NCBI GenBank assembly: GCA_011109175.1
Contig: RDEW01000045.1
Location: 295,367-359,366 of the forward strand
DNA length: 64,000 nt
From: Dicyema japonicum
Taxonomy: Eukaryota; Animalia; Dicyemida
Direction: 5' to 3'
The notes under the pieces were generated by a model. That model had not been told where the DNA came from, did no database searches, and was given only the letters and a program-made list of their open reading frames with translations. This document shows positions 12,241 to 26,389 of the stretch, in pieces. Both the position numbers and the translations under genes were made by a program. Within the stretch, counting starts at the first letter, position 1. Every line of letters begins with the position of its first letter.

Positions 12241-12899
12241 AATATTGATTGAATTAACCCTAGCTTGTTAGTAAAATATTTAAAATTTAGATTTCAAAAC
12301 TAATAAGTATTTTTGATGAATTGATGAGATTAGACATGTTGTCCTGCTTTTAAAGAAATATTCTTTTTGATGTTCCCTTTATCGGTGTTATATAATAAGA
12401 CATAGGTATCTACATCACCTTAAAGTTATAATGGTCTATTAGTATACACTCATTTGCAAGCCAACTTTAGCTTTTTATTCCTGGTATATCCTGCACTGTG
12501 AAAACTTGAGTGTTCTTGATATATTTCCCAATCATTTTTTTCAAATTTTTATAGTTTTCCAGATAACCTGAATTCCATATCTGCCGTTTAATCACCTGGA
12601 AAACTCAAATCAATGCTTCAAAAGATAATCCTTTAAATTTATAACACCATCCTATTAACCTTCAGTCCAATGAAATAAATATTTCTTAAATTGTTGTATT
12701 AAGTTATTATCGTATATATAACAATTGAGGTAATAAAAGACTTTTATTTTCGTGGAATACCCGTTTCTCCACCAAGCTTTTCTCTTCTAGGAGATGAGTT
12801 GTCCACCTGATCTCCCTCCGTTTCCTCCTCGCACAAGTTGTAATTGAGTTCCTAGTTCTACCAGGTGATCGTTTGTTGTAACTAAATGCTCCTCAATGA

Positions 12900-14400
12900 T
12901 GCATACTCCAGTATCTATATGCTCCACCAATATTCTCTATAAGGTCTTCTTGAGGACAACTGATTGAATTGCTGACTTCTTTATGAATGTATCCACCCGG
13001 ATTTTACTCTCTGAGTAATGACAATATAAAAATATCACAAAAAACAGATTCATGTCTTGAAAAAAAGACAATGCAAAGCCTCAGACTATTATCTCCCCTG
13101 ACAAACCACTTAGCGGATCCAACAACAATATTTTCATCTTCGCAGCAATTATAAAGTATAGAGTGGAACGACTTTATCCTGATACTATCCATCACGGATT
13201 TCTGTTATATTCCTTAAGGCTTATTTGGATGATTCGATCTTGTACTTGGAAGCAAGGAATCCTGCGATTATGGTCACATGTGTTTTCTTAGCTTTAAGAA
13301 CCCCTAGGCCTCCATCCCTTCTGAGACAAATGCTGGATTTTCTTTCCAAATCAGAAAGGAATTGGTACAACATATCCTTTTATGAGAAATAGAGACAAGT
13401 CCTTTTCCAAGTTTATCACGATTAATATATAATCTTTGTTAGCAGACTTTAAATGTTGTTGATTGCTTTGAATAGATTTGTAGCATTGAGCTTAATGCAC
13501 CGATCTCTTCACGTTTTCCGCGATCGTTCTCAAGACATCCTGCTTCATGACGTTGTTGGCACGATCCTCTAAACTCAGAGGTAGTGATAGCATTTATGTC
13601 CATCCAGAGATTTTACATTCTTCACAAACTCCAGATTAGTGGCAAACTTTTCAAAACTTCTTTTAAGCCCAACCACACTGAAATATTCATCAATTTCAAT
13701 CATAATCCTCAACTTTTTATCTTCCTTCTCTATTTTTTAGGTCATCTATAATAAGTGATTGGTTGTAGATGAATTCGCTTTCTAAGTTTCATAAATTGGA
13801 GTCTTTTCTTAAATATCCATCCTTGATAATAGTAAATACTCTCTTAAGCTACCCTTTCTTTGATTTCTGTCGACATCTTCTAAGTGATCGTTATCTAATC
13901 TTTCTCCTCCTTGGTTTTTTGTCACCAAAAGTATGAAGATGAGGTTATCCTCAAGTCCAGAAATTTTCTTTCCGCAAACTTGTTGTAAGATCCTCTATGT
14001 TAGATAATGCATAAGTTATGTCCTTTACTTCATCAGAAAGAAAATGTAAAGCAGTATAATTGGCAATCGCATCATTCAATCCATTAAGTACACCAATTTT
14101 ATCAATTTGAATCCAACCTTTTCGAGTAGAAACTTTACATCCAACAGGATTTCCAATTTAGTCATCATTAGCTACAGACCGTCCTTCAAGGTCCTGATAA
14201 ATCTCAGCCAGTCGTCCGACTTCAGGTAGTGTATCTCCATCAATTGCTTCAGTATATGTATCAATTGCTTAGTAAAACTGGCACACAAGGTTTCACGTGA
14301 AATTCAAAAATATAAGAATGGACATAATCCATATCAAAAGTATTACGTCACCAAAAACAAATGTGTCATTTAAATGATATTATAGAATTCATTATGGTGC
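12900..14400 (-). mobile_element. Heavily decayed R4/Dong-like retrotransposon
   Basis: MLYQFLSDLERKSSICLRR..KKTHVTIIAGFL (13250-13380) matches the copies at 3720-3850 and 20330-20410; NHLL..DDL near 13740; ends approximate. Confidence 0.6.
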
Positions 14401-14905
14401 ATTTTTTGTTAGGAATGTGATTGGTGGACACATATTATTACACGTCTTTAATAATCCGCTCTAATCTAAGTAAGGACATTGAGATCAGAGCTGAACGATC
14501 AGATTAAGGACAAGTATCGGACATGTACCTCATCGCCTAGCATAAACAGATTTTTTAAAAAAAATAAATAATCAGAATTGAACAGATTAATTAGTTATCA
14601 TAGTTTTTCAGACAGGGAAATTTAAATAAACAAAATTCCTTAGTAATTTAGATATTGAATTACTCTACAGAAATAAATACTCACATGTCACTAAATTGTG
14701 ACATAATCAATGATGAAAAATTAATTATCATAAAATATGTTATTTAATTTGAAATAAAGTATTATAATTATATTAAAAATATCATAAATTTTGTTAATTA
14801 TTACTTTTTTATAAATTTATTCTCGGTAATTTTTGCTGTATTAATTGATATAGATGGTAAACCTCAAAAAGTAATAAATTATTTACCACAACCTGAACAT
14901 ATTAA

Positions 14906-17900
14906 ATGTCTGCCCTATTTGCCGTCATTAGGCGTTTAAACCGAGATTGCGATAAATCTGACCTTACAAACCAGCTTAATAAATTAACTGAAATAGACCT
15001 CTTCAACATTATTGAGGAAAAAGATGATAATTTTATGATAATTCACGGAAAATTTGAATGTTTAGCGCCAAATTCCGTCAGTTCTCTTTTGGCACCTTTT
15101 TCTATGCCCAGATTTGTCAATGTTGCAAAGAATTCTCTTAAAGTGAGTTTGGATAAATATTTTAGATTGTTGATATCTCTATCAAAAATCTCAATTCTGA
15201 GTCCTGTATCAAGAAACTGAGTAAACGACTGAGGGCGTGTTCTGTGAGAATTACTAACGTCGACCTTCAATCGAAAGTACTCACATTCGAGTATTCCATG
15301 AACTCCTGTTCAGTCTATCAAATTCAGTCGGTCTTAAAGTCTATGGGATATCAAAGTCAGATCCTCAAGTCCCAAATCAAGGATGGACTTGTCAAGAGTT
15401 ACATCACGGAGCTGATTCTTCGAAAAATTCAGTGCAGGTCTTGTGTGACCAAAATTTCTCACTCTATTATCGAATTGCCTATTTTTAGCGCCTTAATCGA
15501 TCAGAAGAATAAAAAAGTCACTATTTGGCACGAAAAGTCGCTCTCATCCTTGGAAATCCTCAATTTCCTCTACGAAAGTGGATTTCCAGCAGTCATCGTC
15601 GCCCAACCTGAGGTTTATAATTTTTTAACTTAAGATTGACTATTTCGTGTCCATAATGTCTCATAATGAGGACTTTAACGATAAATTCAGAGAATTACAG
15701 AATCGCCATCAAATTGAATTCTCGATGGACGACTTTTCCCAATTCTACTTGCCGTCAGAAAACGTAGAGGATTTTGAGCACGACCTCACAAATATCATCT
15801 CTAATAAATATGATGCTGAAGTTTACTATGAGATGTCCCGCTTTGCTCCACGTGGGCAGATCCCGTTGAAGATGTTGGCCCGTCTGAAATTCTTGGCTGA
15901 TTCCGAGGACCTTTATTCTACCCTTGAGCGTTTTCTGAGAGAGAAAACTGGGATTTTCAACGTTTCTTACAACAATAAGGAAAATCATGTGGTATGTGAC
16001 TTCATGACGGGATTTCTGAAAGAAGATGAGATCCTAGATGATTCCTTCCGAGAGAACTATTCTATTATAAGATCCTCAGTTATGAAAATTGTTGGAATGA
16101 AGTGCCAATCGTGTTCGAACACCATTGAGACTGCCATCAAGTCCCTTAGAGGGATCTCTTCCATAGAAATTGAACTCAATGAGGGCCAGGCGAGGATTGA
16201 CTTTTTCCCATTACTGATACCTTTGGAGGAAATTGTGGGGGCCATAACATCTAAGGGATTCAAAGTGGAAGAAGGTCTAGAAATTAATAGAAAGACGGAT
16301 ACAGAACCTCAAAATGGTGCACATGTGGTCCCTAATAAAGGAGAGCTAAAGAAAGCGAGGATGAGGGTGACTGGGATGACCTGTGCTTCTTGTGTGGCAG
16401 GGATTGAACGGATTCTGACGAGATCTGGAGTAGTGAGTGTGTCTGTGAGCCTCCTGGCTGGTCACGTGGAAGTAGTTTTTGATCCCGAGGTGATCTCTTC
16501 TCAGGACTGTTCCTCCAGAATTGAGGCTATCGGTTTTGGAAGTGAAGTCACTTGGGAGTCGATGAACGATGACTCAGCAGAGATTCATTTGAATGTAAAT
16601 TGGCTAGCTATTTTTAGATAAGGTCAATGTTCTGTTCTGCGTGTCCTGGGAAGATAAAGAAGCATGTGGAAGGATTTGATGGTGTGATTAGTGTGAGTGT
16701 GACTCTCTCTAAACGTGGAAGGGGGTTGTGAAGTATGCAAAGAGTGTAATTTCTGGGAGGAAGATTATTGCTATTATTAATGTAATGTACTGATTTATTT
16801 TGTAGGATTTAGGATTTGATGCTAGTCTTGTGGTGCAGGAGAGTGGAGATTACACCCACGTGGGAGAAATTAAAAAGTATTTGTGTTCTATGAGTATATT
16901 TATGGACAATTTTTGTGATATGTTTTTATTATTACTATCAGTTAAACCGCTACTATAATTTATTTTCAATTTAATAATTTAGATGGAAGACTTCATTTTT
17001 GTTTTCTCTAATATGTGGTATTCCTGTAATGATTGTGATGATTGTATTCTCACATATCAAACGAGGTTACTTGTCACTTTACTTTAGATGGTGATGCTTG
17101 CAAGTTTGATCACCTCCTCATTACTTACGGACTATCCCTAGAAAACCTCTTACTTTTCCTACTAGCCACTCCCGTACAGGTACTCTTAACCTTCACCTAA
17201 GTTTTTTGCCGGCAAGGAGTTTTATCTTCGTGCTTACAAATATCTCAAAGTTGGTCTGGCAAACATGGATTTACTGATTGTTATGACAACCACCTTCGCC
17301 TATCTTTACTCCATCTGCGTTATCGTTGCTGCTGGTGTGCTGAAGAAATGTAGCAGTCCTAAGACCTTCTTCGAGACAACACCGATGCTGATGGTATTCA
17401 TCTCGTTGGGACGATGGATAGAGAACATAGCCAAGGTTTATGAATCGAAGCGATCTTTAGGCCAAGTCTTCTAGTGCAATCCATAACTTGGTGTCAATAA
17501 AACCTGTAAATGCACTACTTGTGAATCTGGATGAGAAAGGGATGGTTATTTCTAGTGAAAATGTTCCAGCTGACCTCGTTGAGAAGGATGAGGTGGTCAA
17601 GATCCTTCCCGGAAGTCGAATTCCGGTGGATGGGATTGTAATATCTGGGTCCTCGTCGTGTGATGAGTCGTTGTTGACAGGAGAATCCGTTTCCGTGGGT
17701 AAAAACGTCGGTGATGGAGTCATCTGTGGATCCTTCAATCTCTCAGGGACCTTACTAGTGAAGGCCAGTAACGTCGGGTCAGGGACCACATTGGCTCAGA
17801 TTCTCGACCTTGTTCGTAAAGCCCAGACTTCAAAACCGAAGATCCAGCGGATCTCAGACAAAATAGCTGGGATCTTTGTGAACCTAGTACTTAGTCTTTC

Positions 17901-19430
17901 CTTGGTGACCTTCATAGCATGGGTGATTGTCGGATATGTGAAGAAGGTGACCCGTTTTGTTATTTTAGACTGCGACTGAGTTGACTTACAGTCTGGCCTT
18001 TCAGTTCTCAATGTCAACCATGGCGATCGCTTGTCCCTGTGCGCTAGGCCTGGCCACCCCCACAGCTGTTATGGTGGGGACAGGAGTTGGGGCTGTGAGG
18101 GGGATCCTAATAAAGGGAGGATTGGCATTGGAGTCGTTGTGGAAGGTGAATACAATAGTATTTGATAAAACGGGGACTATAACTGAAGGAATATCGAGTG
18201 TGGATGAAATTATGATGATTGAGAATATTAATAGAGACGATCTATTATCAATAATATATGAAGCAGAGTCCAATAGTGAACATCCCTTTGCTGATACTAT
18301 TGTTAAATATATTAAGGTTTATTTTAATGGTTTATTAGTTTTTATTATTTATTTTTTAATTATTTAGCAACAAAGTGGATTTTCTTCAAACTTTATAATT
18401 CATGATTTTATATCAGTTCCTGGTCATGGAATTCATTCTCGTGGACATTTCGATGGTTTTTTACAAAATAACACAAATAGGAAATAACAACGAAAACTTA
18501 GTTGCCATTGGGAATCGTAATTTAATGAACAAGTACGGAATACCTTTGTCCCTTAAAGTCACAGAAACTTTAATCTCTTTGGAAGACAAGGGATATACCC
18601 CTGTGATCTGTGCAATTGACTGTACAACTTATGTGTCATTCTCAGCCTCCGTAGTTTGCGTGATTGTCATCAAAGACAAAATCAAACCCAATGCCAGACT
18701 TGTAGTCTACGAGCTAAAGAGAATGGGGTATGAGATTTTCCTGTTGACGGGGGATAACAAACGTACAGCCTCAGTGATCGCCAAAAAGGTAGTTTAGTGG
18801 AATAATGTATAGGTGGGGATCGACAATGTTTTCGCGGAAGTCCTTCCATCCCATAAACTGGAAAAGATCGAGGAACTCCAGTCACGTGGCAAACTGGTTG
18901 CCATGGTGGGGGATGGAGTGAACGATTCCCCCGCTTTGGCTAAAGCGGATGCCGGGATTGCTGTGGGATCCGGTGCCCAGATCGCAGTGAACACGGCTGA
19001 TGTTGTTCTGATGAAGGTATAATGTCTTATAAGTGAAGAACGATCTCGTTGACGTAATCCGTTCCCTGGATTTGTCAAGGGCAATTGTTCGGCGAATTCG
19101 ATTCAATTTTGTCGCGGCTTCCATTTATAATTTACTGGCGATTCCGTTTGCAGCAGGAGTTCTATATACCGTGGGTTTTGTGATCGTTCCGTGGATGGCT
19201 TCCGCAGCCATGGTGGTTTCTTCACTTACGGTTGTGATTTTGTCACTGTTTTTGAAAAGGTTGAGTGATGATGTCCATTTAGACATAAATCGGTGACTGT
19301 GAATTCACTGGAGACGGAGAATTACAGGAAGTATTGTCACGCATTTGAAAGAGAGAGTCAAAATATAAGAAGGATACGAGGAGACGATCAGTCTGTTCGT
19401 TACCAGTTAGCTTTATCGATTAATTATTAA
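14906..19430 (+). CDS. ATP7: Copper-transporting P1B-1 ATPase (ATP7A/B-like), about 15 introns, most 22-25 nt
   Basis: HMA CxxC motifs (CRSC, GMKCQSC, GMTCASC, CSAC), [33 protein letters not shown] and MxxSS; all predicted introns GT-AG; one -1 shift in G-run 16721-16725. Confidence 0.95.
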
Positions 19431-19499
19431 TAATAACCCGATTTTATTTTAATTTTAAAACAAACAAAAAGAGTTAGTTAACAACAAATTCCATTTTCA

Positions 19500-21110
19500 T
19501 TTCGACAAGTTTAAGGACTAATCACCGATCTTCGAACACTCCGACATGCAAAACGCTTTCTATCGTTTTTTTGATCGTTGCCGTCTGCATGTAGGCTCCT
19601 ACAGGGCATTCCAATTTTAAATGACTCAAGTGGTGTTTATAGTATTTGCTCACGACTCCATCTCAAGTAAGGACTACTGGAACCACGTGCACTTTCGCTT
19701 TGTGTATTATCCCCAGCATACTTGCTAGAAGATCGCACTTGCGGGCTTTCTCCACTTCGTCATACTTCAAAGTATCCTGGGAGGTTATTCCCACTTCTAT
19801 TAGCGTTATTGTGTTCTTGATTTGTCATACACAAAAATCCGGCTTATTATTTTCTATTCTCGTATCAGCTATTGTTGTATCAACGTGAATTTCCACAAAT
19901 TCAGTTACAATCGTCGTTTGTACTGAATGAGTCTTTAGTCTTTTCGATTTCTTTATTCCATACTGCCTGCACAGGTGTAGTGTATGCACCTGACGACCTC
20001 ATTATAATGACGTAGGTAGTCACATTGAGCATTTTTCCACGCCTTGTCGCTAGATGATCCAATGTTTTTTTCGCTGAATTGCAATGGCTGCATTTTGCAC
20101 TATTTTCCTCGAAGAAAACATTACGATCCTGGACATAGCATAGCATTCCCTCCGTCCTTGGAGAGTTGTTCCCTGCAACTAACCATTGGCTAGATTGTTT
20201 AACATAAACATTCTGATCTTCTGTTGAATTGATCATGTAGAGGTTTTCTTTTTATTTTTTCTAATAGCTCCATTTTTTGTACATCTTTCAGCTGTTTAAT
20301 ATTAAAGTCCCTTGTCTCTATGCGATATTTTCCAGCTAGGAATCCTACGATTGTGGCCATATGATTTTTCTTTGCATTCAAGATCCGTAGGATTCTCGCT
20401 CTCCTCAAACATTTGTTGTTTGTGTTGCAGGTCGTTGTAAAAATGTAGAAGTATTTGTTCACTTTTATATACAACAAGTCAATTCTCCAAGAAAATCTCG
20501 CTGTAAATACAATCTTTCTTTATTTGCTGGTTTACAGTGAATCCGACCATTTATAAGTGCACAAAGTATACACTTGTCAATTGCCTCAAACTCATTTGGT
20601 TCAATTTCAATGAGTCCTAATTAACAATTATGTAGGGAAGTCGCATGCTCATTGATTGCCTTGAAAAAGTTAACACTATTCAGTTTTGTCTTCATAAGAT
20701 TCATAATCCTATTTTCCACGTCTGCAAAAATAGACCTCATCACATTAGTCTTCTACGTTACTATATTTGTCTTCTAATACGCCGAAGATATCGATAACCT
20801 CCAAGACCGTCAAGTAACATAGCTGTTTCAGCCAAACATTCAACATTTGTGGCTGTTTTGTCGATATAGGCTACAGTCCAGCTTTTCCAACTTGGTTTAT
20901 CATTATTAGCATTGTGTCATCCTCATAGGATATCAATTTAGGATCATCCATAAACAGCAAGTGGTTGGTAGCATAGGAAAGAGTATTTCCCTTAGCATCC
21001 ATGGTCACTTTAGAGTATTTACCATTTAATACTCGACTCAACGGATCAATCAATAATACAAATAACTATAGGGATAAGGAATCTCTTTGTAATATTCTCC
21101 TTAGATTCAT
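19500..21110 (-). mobile_element. R4/Dong-like retrotransposon, 3' half (RT end, CCHC, RLE)
   Basis: IDPLSRVLN, TNHLLFMDD, CSHCNSAKKTLDHLAT knuckle, PDI..D..LIEVGIT..K RLE motif. Confidence 0.8.
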
Positions 21111-21119
21111 CACATTATT

Positions 21120-23990
21120 AATTTAGCGTGGCGTTATGTGGTCTACCAATTCAAAAGGATTTGGAAACGCCCAGGGGGCACCTAATGCCCACCGAAAAAG
21201 GACCGATAGACCCCATCCTCCTGGGGACATTCTCGTCCCCGGGCGATGCATTTTACGGAAGATCTAACCTTCCCGGAGGAAATCCTCGGCCCATCAAAGA
21301 GAAAAGCACTTTACGGCTCTCCAGCTAAACATAAATGGAATTAAAGGAAAAATCAGGGAACTCCGCTCACTCTGGCTTGTCAAAAGATTAACGTTGCGAT
21401 GATTCAAGAGACCAAACTCTCTTTTAATGACCCTACCCCTACATTCCCAGGATACAAAGCTATCAGGAAGGACCGTAAAGAAAAAAGAGGTGGAGGTCTG
21501 CTCACTCTATTCAAAAAGAACTTGAAATACAGACATCTCCTCGGAAATGAGGAAACTTGTTGGGGATGATGATGTAACAGAAATAATTGGAATCTCTCTC
21601 TGGACAACGGAAGGAAGACTATGCCTTGTGAATATCTACGTTCCGCCTCCTGGTTCCTGTCCGAAGAGCTATGTTGTGCCAAACCTATCAAGACTGTCTT
21701 CCTTCGATGAAATCATCATCGGCGGGGATTTGAATGCGAAGCATCCATTATGGCTGTCAACTCAACTAGCTGACATGAGAGGGAAACTATTATTATCGCA
21801 AACAGACTCCCTAACGATATTGAATGATCCATCGAGAAATACAAGGACACCACTGAGAGAGACAGATAAACCTACCTCTCCGGACGTAACACTCTGCTCA
21901 TCGTCGCTTTCATCAAAAATTGATTGGTCAGTCCTCTACGAAACAAGAAGCGACCATAATCCAATTGTGCTGAAGATCAAAAGAAAAGCCAACGTGAGAA
22001 GAATTCCTAGTAGCTACAATTACAAATGTGCTAACTGGAAATTGTATCGTGAAATTTTAGAAGATAAAATGAAGAATTGTTACTTGGATAGCTTTATTTC
22101 TCTGGAGAATGCCATCAGCTACTTTACCCAAATAATCTTGGAAGCAAGATCAAGGGCTATACCCAAACAACTTAAATTCGTAGAGTGGTCTAGGGAAGAC
22201 GGCCTTGATTAAAGAAAGAAATCGGCTTAAAAAATCTAACCGGATAACCTTGGATATGAAACTCCGGATCAGAACATTGAATAATGAAATAAAGGCAAAA
22301 GAGCTCAAGGCCCAGAGGTCGAAGTGGAATCGTGTGCTTACAATGGTGAATAGAAATCGCACTACGGGAGAGGTGTGGAAAGCTATTCGAAATGTGGCAA
22401 AAGGCGATGAAGTTTCAACAGAGGAGGATTATGTTCAAAGTGATGTGAACAACTTAATAAAATTCTATACTAAAATTTCACACAAAGAGCACATGAAGTC
22501 TGATGCACTTCCATCACGCAGGAAACTTAAGATAATATCAGAACCACTTTTCTTTTGTGAGAGAGAGGTGAGGGATACAATACATTCCGTAAAAACAAAA
22601 TACTCCCACGAACCAGATAACATTCCTGTTATCTTATTAAAAAATCTTGGAGACGGAGGAATCACTTTTCTAACGTCGATATTCAACCATTCAATTAATC
22701 AGAATGTGATACCGTTGTTATGGAAACAGGCTCTAATACGGCCACTACTGAAACCAGGAAGATCGAGAGAGGATCCAGCGTCTTTTAGACCGGTGTCACT
22801 GCTATGTTCAATGTCAAAAATTCTGGAGAGGCTTGTGCTCGGGAGAATAAAAGAATTTTTATCAGAAAAGAATTTTCAACATGGATTCAAAAAATGAAAG
22901 ATCCACGTCTACATACTTGCAAACATTGACCAAATTCATCGAGTCGGATTCACAACCAAGCCGAGACACTTTAAAACAGCGCTCTGCTAGATCGACATAC
23001 ATAAGCTTTTGACTCAGTCTTGAGGAAGATTCTATCGATAAAAATATTTCAATTGGAGATCCCAGGGAAGCTCAAGCTTTAAAATACTAACTTCCTAAGT
23101 GGACGAAGGGGACATGTTTGCCTCGGAGGTCTGAAATCAATCTCACGGCTCCTCCCAAACGGAGTCCCTCAAGGATCTCCTTTATCCCCTACTCTGTTTA
23201 ACCTTTTTCTGGCTAATATCCCGAGTCTTGAATCTGATAATGATGTTCTACTATCCTATGCGGATGATATTGTGTTGGCTTCGCGAGATTAGGACATCCA
23301 GAGGGCCACAGAAAGAATACAAATTAACCTGGACAGGCTTAATGCCTGGATAATGGAAAACCGGCTCGTGGTGAATGCAGAGAAGTCGTCTACGTCACTA
23401 TTTACCTCGGACAAAAAATTGGGAAGGAAGACAGTCACCTTGAAGTTAAACAAGGTCGGCATCCCTTTCCACAGATGTCAAAGGATCTTGGGTGTGACAA
23501 TTGATATGCATCTCTGTTTAAAACCTCACGTAGAAAACATTCTATTGAAATGCGAGAAGAAACTGAACGTATTGAAAAGTTTATCGGGAATATGGAAGAG
23601 TGGTACTCACCCAGTCTTGATGAACGTATACAAACAATACATCGAGCCATGTTTCTCATATGCATGCGCCTCGTGGGGTCCGTCCATATCTTGGACAAAT
23701 ATGAGGAAAATTGAGGAAATGCAAAAGAGGGCTTACAAAGTAACAAAACATTGGATTGGTGAAGATCATCGAGCCGAACCTACGCCTCTGGAGGCCCTTA
23801 TGAGACTTGACTCCAGATCACGGGAAATCGGCCCTGAAAATTCAGGCAGCCGTCCTGTACGTTCATGCGCGGGCACGAAGGAAGAACGACGGGCAAAGAT
23901 GAGGTCTTTGTTAAAATGCATCGGGATCACGTGATAATTAGTTTTGTTTTACCGTGGTCTTGGGTTAAATAAATAAAATAAATAAAAAAG
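21120..23990 (+). mobile_element. Jockey/I-group APE-type LINE (family A), near full-length ORF2
   Basis: LQLNINGI, IQETKL, GGDLNAKHPLW, SPDVTLC, SDH (APE); FRPVSLLCSMSKILE, QHGF, GVPQGSPLSP, YADD (RT); TAAA-rich tail about 23965-23990. Confidence 0.9.
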
Positions 23991-24959
23991 CAAATTTCCA
24001 TTAAATTTAAGTTGGAGTGTCCACATTTTCATAAGTTTTTTATAAACGTAATAATCCATATAGGCAGTCAAGAGTTTTCTAAAACTTCGTACAGAAAGCC
24101 ATGATCCACAGAATCTAACGCTTTCCTTACAAGACGAGGGTAAATTGGCTGACTGTTTGTTAATGCATTAACCAATGCTTGTTCTTTCGCGCCCTAATAA
24201 TAATATTCGCACTTAATAAACTACACTTTTTATTAAAATTGTGGTTTATGTGATACATTGTGGCATTTGAACAATTGTGCCTCCACTCGGCAGTTTCACG
24301 AATCTTACAAAATAAGTTCTACAAGGGTCTGTTATCTCCCATAGCCTTTACAACCTGAGGAACATTCCGACTACTCCAAACAATGACAGTGTCTGTGAGT
24401 CATTAAGATCCACCGACCATCTACACTGTGAAACGAGGATTTTTTATGTTGCCGATAATTTGAAGATGCGAGGCTTACAGTTTCTGCGGCAGTATTTAGA
24501 TTCTGACCAATAAATTGTTTCGATCCTTAAGTCTGGAAACCATAGGAATATCCGACGAACTATCTTCGACCTACAAAGAACTCTATCGAGGATCCACCAA
24601 CCCACAGTCTGGAAGACATGGGCAAACAAAATACTCAACTTCGTAACTACCGACACAATAAGAAAGCTAATCAATCCCTCTGAATCCGCTCTGTGATTCT
24701 TAAATGACTACCTGTGGACATCACCCTTCCCTGAAAAACTACGGAAACCTATAGACACTCTTCTCATGCCCGGACCCATCCAAACCAGACATACTAGATC
24801 TCTTGGAGCGACCCATTGACGTAACTTTTTTTGTCCGCCAGTTTCTTATGATAGTGAAGTTGAGATAAATAATTGCTGTGATAACATTGAACTACATCCT
24901 GGTCCTGGTAATACCCTAACTAAAACCAATCGTTAAGTAAGCAAAACCTATGGATAAAA

Positions 24960-26370
24960 AGTAAGTTATAATAAAGTAAACACTGCAAATTAAGTGATGG
25001 GAGAAGTAATATTTATTTATTAAGGGGGGAAGTAATATGAAACGGTAGAGCTGACAACCGACTTCTACTCCGAGTGTCTCCCAAAGAAATAAATAAACAC
25101 AGGGTCATCTCTGAAGATAAGTACCAGATACTTTAGTGCGGTTTTTGAAACTTCGAATAAGATTTTCGATAGTAACGCCAACTTTGCAAATTTTTCCTTT
25201 CAACCATAGGGAATTGGCATACGAAGATTTATCCCGTAAGCATGCTTTATAGAAGAATTACGCGTATTCTCTATTTTCTTTAGCATTGAGTCTCTCCTTT
25301 TTGAGTCGTACAATCTTCTAACCGTATGCATGCAGTAGCATTGCGGAATTGAAGACATAAACAAAGGTCTCTGGATCGAGCTTTAATTTCCTCGTTAATA
25401 TTGCCTCACTCGTCAATTAGGAGGCCAAGGTATTTCATAGTATTCTTCAGGGGTATGTCTTGTAATGTGTTCTTTTGGTTGACTAGCCTCCTGCTTCCAG
25501 TTATCCTCACCAGACCAGACTTCTCATGTGCCACTGAAAGAAAGTTCTCACTACACCTCTCTTCGATCTGTACCATGTCGTTTCTCTCATACCAAAGGGT
25601 TTAAAGAGACATCATAAATTATGACGTCATCATCGTATATCAAGATTTCTGTCGTGGGTTTTCTAGGCAAATCTCTTTACTCATTACAATGTTGAATAGT
25701 AGAGGACTGAGCACTAAAGTCTACGGACACCTCTTCTCAGCCAAATTTCACGAGACTCATAGTTTAAAAAATTAACAATTGACCGTCTGTCCAAGAGCAA
25801 ACTTCGTATACAAAAATAAAGTTCCTTTTAAACACCACATTTCGCAACACAGATAATAATTGCAAAGTGCCACAAACTGTCGAAAGCTTTGGATATATTA
25901 AGGCAGACTGCGGTCAAACTTCCTTCAGTTCCAAAGCTTTCACAATTGACGCGTTAATAATGTACATACGATCTCCACATGAGTGATATTTGCGAAAACC
26001 CCACTAATGGTCTTTTAACATATCACCACGTTTTGTGTTCAGAGAGTTTATTAAATACTATTCTTTCCATAATTTTTGAGATTGTTGGCATAAGGCTTAT
26101 GGGCCAATAACTAATTAAGTATTCCCAAATTTTAGTATCATCTGTCAATTTCCACGGAAAGGTATATGATCTAACATGATAATGCACGTATATAGACGTC
26201 CCAGATATTCATAGAGTGTCCGGGGTGTTTCTTTGAACAAACACATAGCAATCTGTCCTTTCCGGAATCATTTTCTTAGTGCATTTTATCACACCTTTAA
26301 CTTATTAGGCATAGGGCTGTGACGGAGTAGTAAAGAACTAATTACTTTTATCAGTTTTTCTATTAGAAAA
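24960..26370 (-). mobile_element. Jockey-like LINE family B, 3' part
   Basis: Reverse-complement similarity to 27510-28330 and protein similarity to 61830-62430 (KYLGL.ID, LYC.RKLKL). Confidence 0.7.
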
Positions 26371-26389
26371 AAATGGCCAATTTTGAAAG

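Noticed and set aside
14685-14704. Palindrome ATGTCAC-N6-GTGACAT upstream of ATP7
   Set aside because: A 7-bp arm is expected by chance in 64 kb; resemblance to TALE sites or Ginger ends is not testable here
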